Positions 19,294-26,775 of a stretch of 64,000 nt of DNA are shown piece after piece. The DNA comes from an uncultured Porphyromonadaceae bacterium (GTDB lineage Bacteria > Bacteroidota > Bacteroidia > Bacteroidales > UBA12481). The notes under the pieces are model-generated. The model saw only the letters and a list, made by a program, of their open reading frames with translations, made no database searches and was not told where the DNA came from. The stretch spans positions 18,015 through 82,014 of the forward strand of contig CAYWHP010000001.1 in assembly GCA_964457845.1 (NCBI GenBank). The letters run 5' to 3'. Every line of letters begins with the position of its first letter. The first letter of the stretch is position 1. Made by a program: the position numbers and the translations under genes.

Positions 19294-20664
19294 TCAATAT
19301 TGTTTCCCCATCCACTCTGCAATGAATTCAAGAGCAGCCGGAGCAATAATCTCTTCGGTTTTCTCATATTCCAGCGGTGAACCACTCTGGGCAGTCTGGA
19401 AAAGATGATTCAGGCCGGGCAGGGTTCTGGTTGTATAATGCCTGTTCTTCCCAGCCTTTAGGGCAGACTCAATTCCTTTGAGGTTTTCTTCAGGAGGACA
19501 TTGCAAATCCTTGGATCCCGTTACCGCAAGTACCGGACATTTTACTTTTTTCAGGTATGTTGCAGGATCACAAGTTGTAAAATAGGAGATCCAGGGTTTC
19601 ATCAACATCTTTACCGTGGCATCTGAAACCTCAGGGTTTACCTTACGAATCCGATTAATCTTTGCTGAATCCTCAATCTTTTCATGAATGATAGAATAGT
19701 AGTTTCTGAACTGGTTCACCTGTTCTTCGATGGCATCGGGAGAGGCGCCGGTTGCACCGGTTAGTTTTCTGGTCTGCAACAATAAGAGTTCATCACCTCG
19801 CAAACCGACTCCCCCCATAAGGACAAGAAATGAAATATCCTTGCGGGAAGCTGCCACCATTGGGGCGATCAGGGCGCCTTCGCTGTGACCGATAAGACCA
19901 ACAGACCTCGCGTCAACTTCGGGCCTTGTTTTCAGAAATTCTACGGCAGCCTGAATATCCGATGCAAAGTCTTCCGTAGTAGCTGCCGCATAATCACCAG
20001 TTGATTTTCCGACACCACGTTTGTCGGAGCGAAGGACTACGTATCCCCTGCGGGTCAGGTAATCAGCCAGCAGCAGGAAATGCCCCATTTTCGTCCCGTT
20101 GCGATCATTTTTACCTGAACCGGCAATGAGAATAACCGCTGGATTCGGTTTGCCTGAATTCGGTATGGTAAGGGTTCCTGACAGATTTACCCCGGCTACC
20201 TTGTTTTCAATCAGGATTTCTTCCGCTAAGTAAGGGAAAGGAGGTTGCGGAGTCTGGGGCCTGATTACTGCTTTCGGTAATTCATCCACCTTTGTGAGGA
20301 CCAACGGGAAGGACTTGCCGGCTTGCGTGAATGAGCCTTCGAGCCTTTGTGGCTCTTTCTGGTAGATTCCGAAAAATTCGATATTGCCTGCGATGAATTG
20401 GATACGAATGGTATCTCCCTTAAAACTGATCCCGTCCATCGGGATATTCATGGCCTTTTGCTCGAGGATGTTCATAAAAGCCGTAAGCTGGCCGGATTCG
20501 GTTTTTTTAATTTCATAGGCGATTCGCAGCTCAAGCTGCTCAGTCGGCTTTAATTTGCCAAGCCATATACCGGTGATCTCGTCAATAATGGGCCCGGAAT
20601 GCCTACCGAAGGACAAAGTTCCGCCGATCAGGGCGGTGATCAGGATGAGAATCGTTTTTTTCAT
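19294..20664 (-). CDS. alpha/beta hydrolase family protein (secreted)
   Basis: The likely start is MKKTILILITAL at 20664; the track start at 20694 is 10 codons upstream. It has a signal peptide and the nucleophile elbow GHSEG. Confidence 0.75.
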   Translation of the reverse strand: MKKTILILITALIGGTLSFGRHSGPIIDEITGIWLGKLKPTEQLELRIAYEIKKTESGQLTAFMNILEQKAMNIPMDGISFKGDTIRIQFIAGNIEFFGIYQKEPQRLEGSFTQAGKSFPLVLTKVDELPKAVIRPQTPQPPFPYLAEEILIENKVAGVNLSGTLTIPNSGKPNPAVILIAGSGKNDRNGTKMGHFLLLADYLTRRGYVVLRSDKRGVGKSTGDYAAATTEDFASDIQAAVEFLKTRPEVDARSVGLIGHSEGALIAPMVAASRKDISFLVLMGGVGLRGDELLLLQTRKLTGATGASPDAIEEQVNQFRNYYSIIHEKIEDSAKINRIRKVNPEVSDATVKMLMKPWISYFTTCDPATYLKKVKCPVLAVTGSKDLQCPPEENLKGIESALKAGKNRHYTTRTLPGLNHLFQTAQSGSPLEYEKTEEIIAPAALEFIAEWMGKQY

Positions 20665-20779
20665 TTTGCTGGTTTTTAAGTTGATTGATATCAATCACCA
20701 GCAAAATTACAGGGTACCTGAGGCGGGATAAAACCTAATCCATCAACCAGGGGAATTCTTATCTGAATGGCGTGGAATT

Positions 20780-21487
20780 CTATTTGAATTTCAAATCCAT
20801 ACTCCGGTAGGTGACCCCGATGGGTATAGATTGCCTGTTTATGATCACCCGGTGCTTTTCGATTACGTCAATACAGTCTTTGTTAACAACAAAGGACTTG
20901 TGTATGCGCACAAAGCGACCGGCAGGCAGCATTTCCAGCACTTCCGTCATACTCAGCAAAGCCATTATATTCTTCTCTCTCGTGTGGAATGTCATGTAGT
21001 TTCCGGCGCCTTCAATATATAGAATCTGATCAGTGCGAACCTTGTTTACGCGGGTGCCGCTTTTTATAAGGATAAAGGGAGGATTATCCACAACCGGCAA
21101 ATTTTCAGGAATCTCCGGTTGTTGAAGTATTCCATGTCCGGAATGCTCCATCGCCTTTGACACCGCTTTGAGAAAGCGCTCATATTTTACCGGCTTAAGA
21201 AGATAATCAATGGCATCAAACTCATAACTCTCGGCGCCGAATTCCGAATAGGCGGTGGTGAATACCACCATTGGCCGGGTTGGCAGGGATTTTAGCAATT
21301 GGATGCCGGATAATTCCGGCATGTTAATATCAAGGAAAACCAGATCGACAGAATTGTTAAGCAGTGCTGTGAGCGCCTTAAAGGGATTTGAAAAGGCGCC
21401 GGAGAGTTCCAGAAAGGGGGTTCTTGATACGTAACCCAAAATCAGGTCCAGCGCAAAGGGCTCATCATCAACAACCATGCATCTCAT
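20780..21487 (-). CDS. LytR/AlgR family response regulator (REC + LytTR DNA-binding domain)
   Basis: 235 aa with a receiver domain (MVVDDEP...DLVFLDINMP) and a C-terminal LytTR domain (FVRIHKSFVVN). Confidence 0.9.
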   Translation of the reverse strand: MRCMVVDDEPFALDLILGYVSRTPFLELSGAFSNPFKALTALLNNSVDLVFLDINMPELSGIQLLKSLPTRPMVVFTTAYSEFGAESYEFDAIDYLLKPVKYERFLKAVSKAMEHSGHGILQQPEIPENLPVVDNPPFILIKSGTRVNKVRTDQILYIEGAGNYMTFHTREKNIMALLSMTEVLEMLPAGRFVRIHKSFVVNKDCIDVIEKHRVIINRQSIPIGVTYRSMDLKFK

Positions 21488-21494
21488 TATTGCA

Positions 21495-22526
21495 TTAATT
21501 AATTGTGATTTCCAGTCTCACGGAAAACAGTTGCCCGCTGTCGGATATTAACAGCAGGTGCCTTCCCGGGTAAATCAATGACAATCTTTTTCTTACGTTT
21601 TCGAGGCCAATGCCTGAATTTGTAGTACTAACCTGATCATGACCAGAAAAAAGGCTGTTGGTCACTAAAAAGGTCATTTTGCTTTCCTTAACTTCCAGAT
21701 TAATGTCTATGCATGATTCCCTATCGAATTTTATCCCGTACTTAAATGCATTCTCCACAAAAGGAATCAGAATCAGCGGCGCAATCATGGTTTTTTCGAT
21801 GTTACCGGAAACACCAAAACTGACATTAACAGGGATATCTGAAGAAAGCCTCAGCTTTTGAAGGTTTATATAATCATTTATGTAGTTGATCTCCTTGGTG
21901 AGTTCCACCTTTTCAGCGTTGCTTTCGTATAGCATGTACCGCATGAGGCTCGCCAGCTTCTCGATAATGCCGGCCGTTTTGTCATCTCCGTTACCGGTTG
22001 CACTGGAAAAGGCCATGTTAAGCACATTAAAAAGAAAATGAGGATTGATCTGTGCTTTAAGAAAGTTCAATTCGGCATTCAGCTTTTCCTCTTTCAACTT
22101 TTGTTTCAATCGCTCATTACGCAGCCAGTTCTTGGTAAACCCATATGCCAGGGCAATCGATAGGATAATAACATTGAGCGCAAAATTGATGAGCAGCTGG
22201 GAGGAGAAACTCTCCTCTGCACTTGAGAACAAGGTGGTAAAGAAAGCATAATCAAGCAATGTCTCAAGTAGTGTAAGTCCGATCAGGAGTCCACACAATT
22301 GCAGGAAAAAGGAGACAGCTTTCCGATCGATCGAAAACTTCGGGATCAATGTGAGCGCTGAAAGGTAAAACAGCGCAATATTTATCATGGAACCCGTAAC
22401 TAACGGATAGAGAAACGACCCGTCAGCCTTATGGAATACCCCTATGGTTTTAATGCCTGATGCAACCAGAATGAACCCTGAAACCCAGATAAAGGTGTGA
22501 AGGGCAGGCTCAATCCATTTTTTCAT
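21495..22526 (-). CDS. sensor histidine kinase (LytS/YehU-type His_kinase domain)
   Basis: 343 aa with about five N-terminal TM helices. It has an H-box region (LKAQINPHFLFN), an N-box (LIPFVENAFKYG) and a G-box (SGIGLENVRKRL). It ends 7 nt upstream of its regulator gene. Confidence 0.85.
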   Translation of the reverse strand: MKKWIEPALHTFIWVSGFILVASGIKTIGVFHKADGSFLYPLVTGSMINIALFYLSALTLIPKFSIDRKAVSFFLQLCGLLIGLTLLETLLDYAFFTTLFSSAEESFSSQLLINFALNVIILSIALAYGFTKNWLRNERLKQKLKEEKLNAELNFLKAQINPHFLFNVLNMAFSSATGNGDDKTAGIIEKLASLMRYMLYESNAEKVELTKEINYINDYINLQKLRLSSDIPVNVSFGVSGNIEKTMIAPLILIPFVENAFKYGIKFDRESCIDINLEVKESKMTFLVTNSLFSGHDQVSTTNSGIGLENVRKRLSLIYPGRHLLLISDSGQLFSVRLEITIN

Positions 22527-22549
22527 AATTGAAAAATTGCAGAATGATT

Positions 22550-22557
22550 CAAAGGTA
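22550..22557 (-). promoter_or_regulatory. candidate -7 box (TACCTTTG on minus strand) for the kinase/regulator operon
   Basis: The plus-strand caaaggta is TACCTTTG on the minus strand. It lies about 24 nt upstream of the kinase ATG at 22526. Confidence 0.4.
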
Positions 22558-22583
22558 TAAACAACTTTCCAATGATATCCTGA

Positions 22584-22937
22584 TTACCTTCTGCGGCCGC
22601 CTTTACTTAGTATCACCTCCACCGGAGATATTGTTACCAGGCAGCCATAGCGCATCTTTTCGAGTTCGGCACGGATGGATTCGTAAAAGGCCCTGACTTT
22701 TTCTTCCTCATCAATGATCTCAACGATAACAGGAAGTTTATCTGCTATCTCCCAGAATTTATATGAATGTATGACGGAACTTGCACCGTAACCCATTATC
22801 CCCCGGGTAACCGTTGCCCCGGCAAGTCCCTGTTCCTTCGCCCTGATAACAATTTGTTCATTCAATATCCCTCCACCGAGCTTGTCGGTCGAGCTGGTAT
22901 AAATTTTAAGCGACAGGACAGGATTGTTGTTTGTCAT
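22584..22937 (-). CDS. DUF190 domain-containing protein (PII-like, usual CrcB partner)
   Basis: 117 aa. LKIYTSSTDK...GLAGATVTRGIMGYGASS...LPVIVEIIDEEEKV matches the DUF190 pattern. Confidence 0.8.
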   Translation of the reverse strand: MTNNNPVLSLKIYTSSTDKLGGGILNEQIVIRAKEQGLAGATVTRGIMGYGASSVIHSYKFWEIADKLPVIVEIIDEEEKVRAFYESIRAELEKMRYGCLVTISPVEVILSKGGRRR

Positions 22938-22938
22938 T

Positions 22939-23020
22939 TCAGATCATTTTTGCGAGGATTCTACCCAAATATACGGCAACCAGACCGAGGAAAAAACTAA
23001 GGGAGGCATATAGTGATACA
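22939..23020 (-). pseudogene. remnant of a second crcB (last 27 codons only)
   Basis: Reverse translation gives VSLYASLSFFLGLVAVYLGRILAKMI*, against VSLYAGLSFFLGLVAVYLGRIIAKLI* for the intact crcB at 26392. The roughly 83 nt aligns with 26392-26474. The stop is 1 nt from the DUF190 ATG. Confidence 0.85.
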
Positions 23021-23168
23021 CATCGATGGCGTCATATTCGTAGCTCTCGGCTTCGAATTCCGGATACGCTGTTGTGAATACCACCATTGTTCAAGAAACG
23101 GAGTTTTGGTAACACCACTCGATCAGGTCCAGTGCGAAGGGCTCATAGTCAACAACCATGCATTTCAT
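23021..23168 (-). pseudogene. remnant of a LytTR response regulator (N-terminal receiver fragments, internal deletion and in-frame stop)
   Basis: Reads MKCMVVDYEPFALDLIEWCYQNSVS*TMVVFTTAYPEFEAESYEYDAIDV. The intact neighbour reads MRCMVVDDEPFALDLILGY...RPMVVFTTAYSEFGAESYEFDAIDY. About 48 residues are deleted and the LytTR domain is missing. Confidence 0.85.
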
Positions 23169-23175
23169 CGCGGGT

Positions 23176-23469
23176 TCAGTTCATGTTAATACTCAATTCC
23201 AGTCTTTTCCGGACATTTTCCAGTCCGATGCCGGAGTCCGGGCTCATTGCCTGATCGTGTCGCAGAAACCGGCTGTCGGCCACATTAAAAATGAGGTTGT
23301 TGGCATTGACACTGAGGTGTATGGCAATATCTGAGGCCGGGATTTCGGACGAAAATCTCATTTTCTGAAGCTGATTTAATCCCGCAGGTACCTGTGAAGA
23401 AAGATATGGGTATTCAACCAAAGTTAAAAACTTCTGGTAATTCTGGCAATACTCTGAAATCGTACGCAA
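23176..23469 (-). pseudogene. remnant of a LytS-type histidine kinase (C-terminal fragment, N-box deleted)
   Basis: The 97 aa ORF LQKMRFSSEIP...NLIFNVADSRFLRHDQAMSPDSGIGLENVRKRLEL aligns with LQKLRLSSDIP...MTFLVTNSLFSGHDQVSTTNSGIGLENVRKRLSL of the intact kinase. It lacks the TM region, H-box and N-box. The 7 nt kinase-regulator spacing is preserved. Confidence 0.8.
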
Positions 23470-23533
23470 GTTTTTAATAGCAGCGGAATCTAAATGATAA
23501 ATAGTCGTTCATTAACCTTTAAAACGTTGATTC

Positions 23534-23869
23534 ATGAAAAAAGTTAGTATGAAAATCGCCATGGCTGCTTTACTTATCGCAGTCGGAACAATTGGACTGC
23601 AGGCTCAGTCAACCAAAGTCGCAATAAGTCAGGATGTCCTGATTTCCAACGGAACTTGCCTTTATCTGGATCAGTTGACAGCGGACCAGATTGCCATCCT
23701 GGATGAGCTGGATGCTGAATTTCAGGCTGAAATGGACATTCTCAGTGCTGCATTGGTTCTTGCAGTAACAAAAGCAGACAAAGCTGCCATTCGTGCCACT
23801 ATGACGTCACTTAGGGTTGCCCACCTCGCCGAAGTTGAGGATCTTCTGGAATTGTGGGGAGTCAAATAG
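23534..23869 (+). CDS. secreted LTxxQ-motif helical protein (paralog of 25803..26258)
   Basis: 111 aa with the signal peptide MKKVSMKIAMAALLIAVGTIGLQAQ and the motif LDQLTADQIAILDEL. It aligns with 25803..26258 along its length (GTC, QxAILxxL, FQAxMxIL, LRxxHxAEV, WG). Confidence 0.7.
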   Translation: MKKVSMKIAMAALLIAVGTIGLQAQSTKVAISQDVLISNGTCLYLDQLTADQIAILDELDAEFQAEMDILSAALVLAVTKADKAAIRATMTSLRVAHLAEVEDLLELWGVK

Positions 23870-23905
23870 AGCCCCTGGTTTGAGATCGACGCTTTTAGCA
23901 ATATT

Positions 23906-23934
23906 GAAAAAACCGACTGCAACGCCGGTTTTTT
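23906..23934. terminator. weak A/T-flanked hairpin, possible terminator
   Basis: AAAAAACCG-N10-CGGTTTTTT. Only three G:C pairs, so it is weak. Confidence 0.3.
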
Positions 23935-24112
23935 CCTTTATAGCCGGTGAATCGGGTTTGTGCCTTAGGCTGACGGTATTACCGGCCGGATATTTCCGTC
24001 GATCCTGTTGTTTCGATCGCGGTAGGTGCCGGTCTCCATGTCGCGTTCATCTTCCGGTTCATTCTTTATGAATCGAAAGCTTACATTGCAAGGGCCGAAA
24101 TACGTGAATCTG

Positions 24113-24694
24113 ATGAACGAACCTGACCTGATAAATCTCCTTCATGCCGGAAACCCAGCTGCAATCAGGTCGCTGGTTGATCAATACCAGCCGCTTGTGC
24201 TAAGGACAGCACGCGGGTTTGTCAGGAATACCGAAGATGCCCGTGATATAACCCAGGAAGTGTTCATCGATATCTTAACAAACCTTCATCGGTTTAGAGC
24301 ACAGTCCGGATTGTCGACCTGGATATACCGCATTGCCGTTAACCGGTCGCTGAACTTTCTGCGCAGCTCTAAACGGCGTCAGGGCCGTCTGGTCCACTCC
24401 GATGATTTTCCTGATGGCAGTATTGACGGAATTGCAAATCTGAGTGATCATAAGCAGAAAGGTCCAGCCGAGTTACTCGAACAAAAGGAAAGATCCGGGA
24501 TTCTGCATGACGCAATACAATCATTACCTGAGAGGCAGCAGGTTGCCTTTACACTTGCTGAGTATGATGACCTCACATATAAGGAGATAGCCGAAATCAT
24601 GAAGCTAAGTTTATCCTCTGTGGAATCCCTGCTATTCAGGGCCCGTCAGAATCTTCAAAAGAAACTATGGGTCTGTTACAAAAAATCGTGCTAA
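24113..24694 (+). CDS. RNA polymerase ECF-type sigma-70 factor
   Basis: Has region 2 (DITQEVFIDILTNLHRF, TWIYRIAVNRSLNFLR) and a region 4 HTH (YKEIAEIMKLSLSSVESLLFRARQNL). The start is uncertain: 24113 (MNEPDLINLL) is preferred, with 24068 and 24038 as alternatives. The track start at 24026 is a GTG. Confidence 0.85.
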   Translation: MNEPDLINLLHAGNPAAIRSLVDQYQPLVLRTARGFVRNTEDARDITQEVFIDILTNLHRFRAQSGLSTWIYRIAVNRSLNFLRSSKRRQGRLVHSDDFPDGSIDGIANLSDHKQKGPAELLEQKERSGILHDAIQSLPERQQVAFTLAEYDDLTYKEIAEIMKLSLSSVESLLFRARQNLQKKLWVCYKKSC

Positions 24695-24745
24695 TTCTGC
24701 AAGTTTATCACTTGTCGGTTGTCTAAACCATAATAGAAGAAAACA

Positions 24746-25195
24746 ATGGACTGTAAAAACTGCCGCACCGAACTGATTGGATTTTCCAGGGGAACCCTTC
24801 CGAAAGGCCTCGAGATCCGAATCCGGGAACACCTGAACGGGTGCGCCGAGTGCCGGTCTTTCGCGGGGTACCTTCATTCAATGCTCGATGTGATCCCGAT
24901 TGAACGGAATATAGCTCCTGATCCATTCCTTGCAACAAGGATTGAAGGAATATTATCTGAGCGTACGGAGGTTTCCCCAGGGATGTTGATGGTAAGGAGG
25001 ATGATCCCCGTGCTCACATTCAGCCTCTTCATCCTGGCCGGAGTAGCCGGAGGAATTGGTCTCGGAAAAATGATTTCCTCACCCGGATTAACTTACCAGG
25101 TGGCACGGAATGAGTTCGCGGTTATGATTGACGACCTGCGGCAGGAGCCGATCGAGACATTTTTTATGGGAATGAATGAACCAGAAAAAAATTAG
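24746..25195 (+). CDS. zinc-finger (zf-HC2) anti-sigma factor, single-pass membrane protein
   Basis: 149 aa with the N-terminal motif HLNGCAECRSF (HxxxCxxC) and one TM helix (IPVLTFSLFILAGVAGGIGL). It lies immediately downstream of the ECF sigma gene. Confidence 0.75.
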   Translation: MDCKNCRTELIGFSRGTLPKGLEIRIREHLNGCAECRSFAGYLHSMLDVIPIERNIAPDPFLATRIEGILSERTEVSPGMLMVRRMIPVLTFSLFILAGVAGGIGLGKMISSPGLTYQVARNEFAVMIDDLRQEPIETFFMGMNEPEKN

Positions 25196-25198
25196 AAA

Positions 25199-25783
25199 AT
25201 GGAAAAAAGAAAATTTCTGATAGGCCTTATTCTCTTTTTGGTCGTAACAAATGTGGTAACCATCATTACGGTCTGGAATCACTCGATCAAATCACGAGGA
25301 TCTGATCAACAAAATAACACGGTGTCAATGACCGATGCACCAGGTACAATCCCAGAGAGCGAGCGCGTTCTTTTTTTTACGAATGAATTGAAGCTGGACA
25401 GTGAACAGCAGGACAAATTCAGAGCCATCCAACGGACATACATGCGTGGAGCCCGGTCTATCAGTACTGAAATGAGCCATCTTCGCGACGACCTCCTGGA
25501 GTCGATGGATCAGGATCAGCCTGACTCGACACGATTGAACGCGCTGTCGGAACAGATCGGGCTAAAACATACTGAACTTAAAAAGCTTACGGTGCGGTAT
25601 TATCTCGAATTAAAGGGTATCTGCATGCCCGGTCAGCAGGAACAGCTTTATCAGGTTATCAAGAGAATAATTAAGCCCGAAGGTGATGTGCAATTGCCCG
25701 AAGGAGAAGGTGGCCATAAGGGCGGACGAGGGAAGGGACGTGGTCCGTGGTGGAAACAAACGAAAGATTCAGTTATAAATTAA
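25199..25783 (+). CDS. membrane-anchored LTxxQ/CpxP-Spy-like periplasmic protein (periplasmic heavy metal sensor family)
   Basis: 194 aa with an N-terminal anchor helix and an LTxxQ-like repeat (LKLDSEQQDKFRAI). The body is helical and the tail is Gly/Lys/Arg-rich (GEGGHKGGRGKGRGPWW). Confidence 0.65.
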   Translation: MEKRKFLIGLILFLVVTNVVTIITVWNHSIKSRGSDQQNNTVSMTDAPGTIPESERVLFFTNELKLDSEQQDKFRAIQRTYMRGARSISTEMSHLRDDLLESMDQDQPDSTRLNALSEQIGLKHTELKKLTVRYYLELKGICMPGQQEQLYQVIKRIIKPEGDVQLPEGEGGHKGGRGKGRGPWWKQTKDSVIN

Positions 25784-25802
25784 TTCCTTAAAGTTTAGTA
25801 AA

Positions 25803-26258
25803 ATGAAAAAAGTTAGCAGGAAAATCGCACTGGCTGTCGTAATGATCGCAGTCGGAACACTGGGCCTCCAGGCTCAGAATGGAAATGGAAAAGGAACCTG
25901 TGGAACCTGTTCAGGTACCTGTGTCAATTCGAGTATGTTGTCGGAAGAACAAAAGGCCATTCTGGAAGATCTTTGTGATGTTTTCCAGGCTGATATGGCA
26001 ATTCTCCAGGCTGAATTGATCGCCGCGCCAACTCTGGCCGAAAGGCTGGTTATTCGTCAGAAAATGAGCGCTTTGCGAGATGTTCACGTTGCTGAAGTCA
26101 AAGCCTTGCTCGCCGGATGGGGAATCCCGGTATCCAGCCGCGGGAAAAAGGGTGGTTCATCAAAAGTTTCCGGCTCGCGACTGATGTCGGGTGATGGCTT
26201 GGGGATCTGCGACGGCACCGGAACTGGAAACGGAAAGAAGTTCCGTAAAGGCAAATAG
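25803..26258 (+). CDS. secreted LTxxQ-like protein with (GTC)x3 cysteine motif and basic Gly-rich tail (paralog of 23534..23869)
   Basis: 151 aa with the signal peptide MKKVSRKIALAVVMIAVGTLGLQAQ, followed by NGNGKGTCGTCSGTC, then MLSEEQKAILEDL. The tail is GICDGTGTGNGKKFRKGK. Confidence 0.7.
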   Translation: MKKVSRKIALAVVMIAVGTLGLQAQNGNGKGTCGTCSGTCVNSSMLSEEQKAILEDLCDVFQADMAILQAELIAAPTLAERLVIRQKMSALRDVHVAEVKALLAGWGIPVSSRGKKGGSSKVSGSRLMSGDGLGICDGTGTGNGKKFRKGK

Positions 26259-26291
26259 AGCGCAGCACCTCAAGCAACGGTTACTTGCCTG

Positions 26292-26342
26292 AAAAAAAGC
26301 AGAGCGGGCCAAAGAACCTCCAACGTTCGAGTAGCCCGCTCT
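26292..26342 (-). terminator. rho-independent terminator of crcB
   Basis: A 9 bp stem (AGAGCGGGC / GCCCGCTCT) with a long loop. On the minus strand it is followed by T7, 50 nt after the crcB stop. Confidence 0.45.
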
Positions 26343-26391
26343 TTCTGAAAAAAAATTAGCAAGTATAAAATTACGAAAACTGAAATCTATT

Positions 26392-26769
26392 TCAGATCAG
26401 CTTTGCAATTATTCTGCCCAAATATACGGCAACAAGGCCCAGGAAAAAACTGAGGCCGGCATATAGCGATACTCGTAGCCACTCCCTGTCCTGCATGAGA
26501 AGCCAGGCATCGTTCGAAAATGAGGAGAATGTGGTGAACCCGCCGCAAATCCCTACAGCGAGGAACAATCGCATACCGGGAGTAAGGAGGTTGCCTTTTT
26601 CTGAGATACCGTAAACAATACCGATTACCAGGCAGCCAACCATATTCACCGTAAAGGTGGCCCAGGGAAACAACCCAGGAGACCCGGCCTGCACCCACCT
26701 TGATACCAGGTATCTCAGGATAGATCCGATAAATCCTCCGATTCCGACTATGAGAACTGACTTGAACAT
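26392..26769 (-). CDS. crcB: fluoride efflux transporter CrcB
   Basis: 125 aa with four TM helices. It carries CrcB family motifs (IGGFIGSILRY ... GGFTTFSSF). Confidence 0.9.
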   Translation of the reverse strand: MFKSVLIVGIGGFIGSILRYLVSRWVQAGSPGLFPWATFTVNMVGCLVIGIVYGISEKGNLLTPGMRLFLAVGICGGFTTFSSFSNDAWLLMQDREWLRVSLYAGLSFFLGLVAVYLGRIIAKLI

Positions 26770-26775
26770 ATGCTG

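Noticed and set aside
25803-26258. The Cys/Thr/Gly-rich protein as a RiPP (thiazole/oxazole or lanthipeptide) precursor.
   Set aside because: It has a standard Sec signal peptide and a long helical LTxxQ-like core. It is a paralog of a protein with a single GTC. No cyclodehydratase, dehydratase, radical-SAM maturase or peptidase/exporter gene lies nearby.
22938-26391. The 3.4 kb segment between the two crcB 3' ends as a mobile or integrative element.
   Set aside because: I could see no integrase, transposase, excisionase, terminal inverted repeats or identical direct repeats. The duplicated crcB tails are only about 80 percent identical. It is reported as a rearrangement or decay locus instead.
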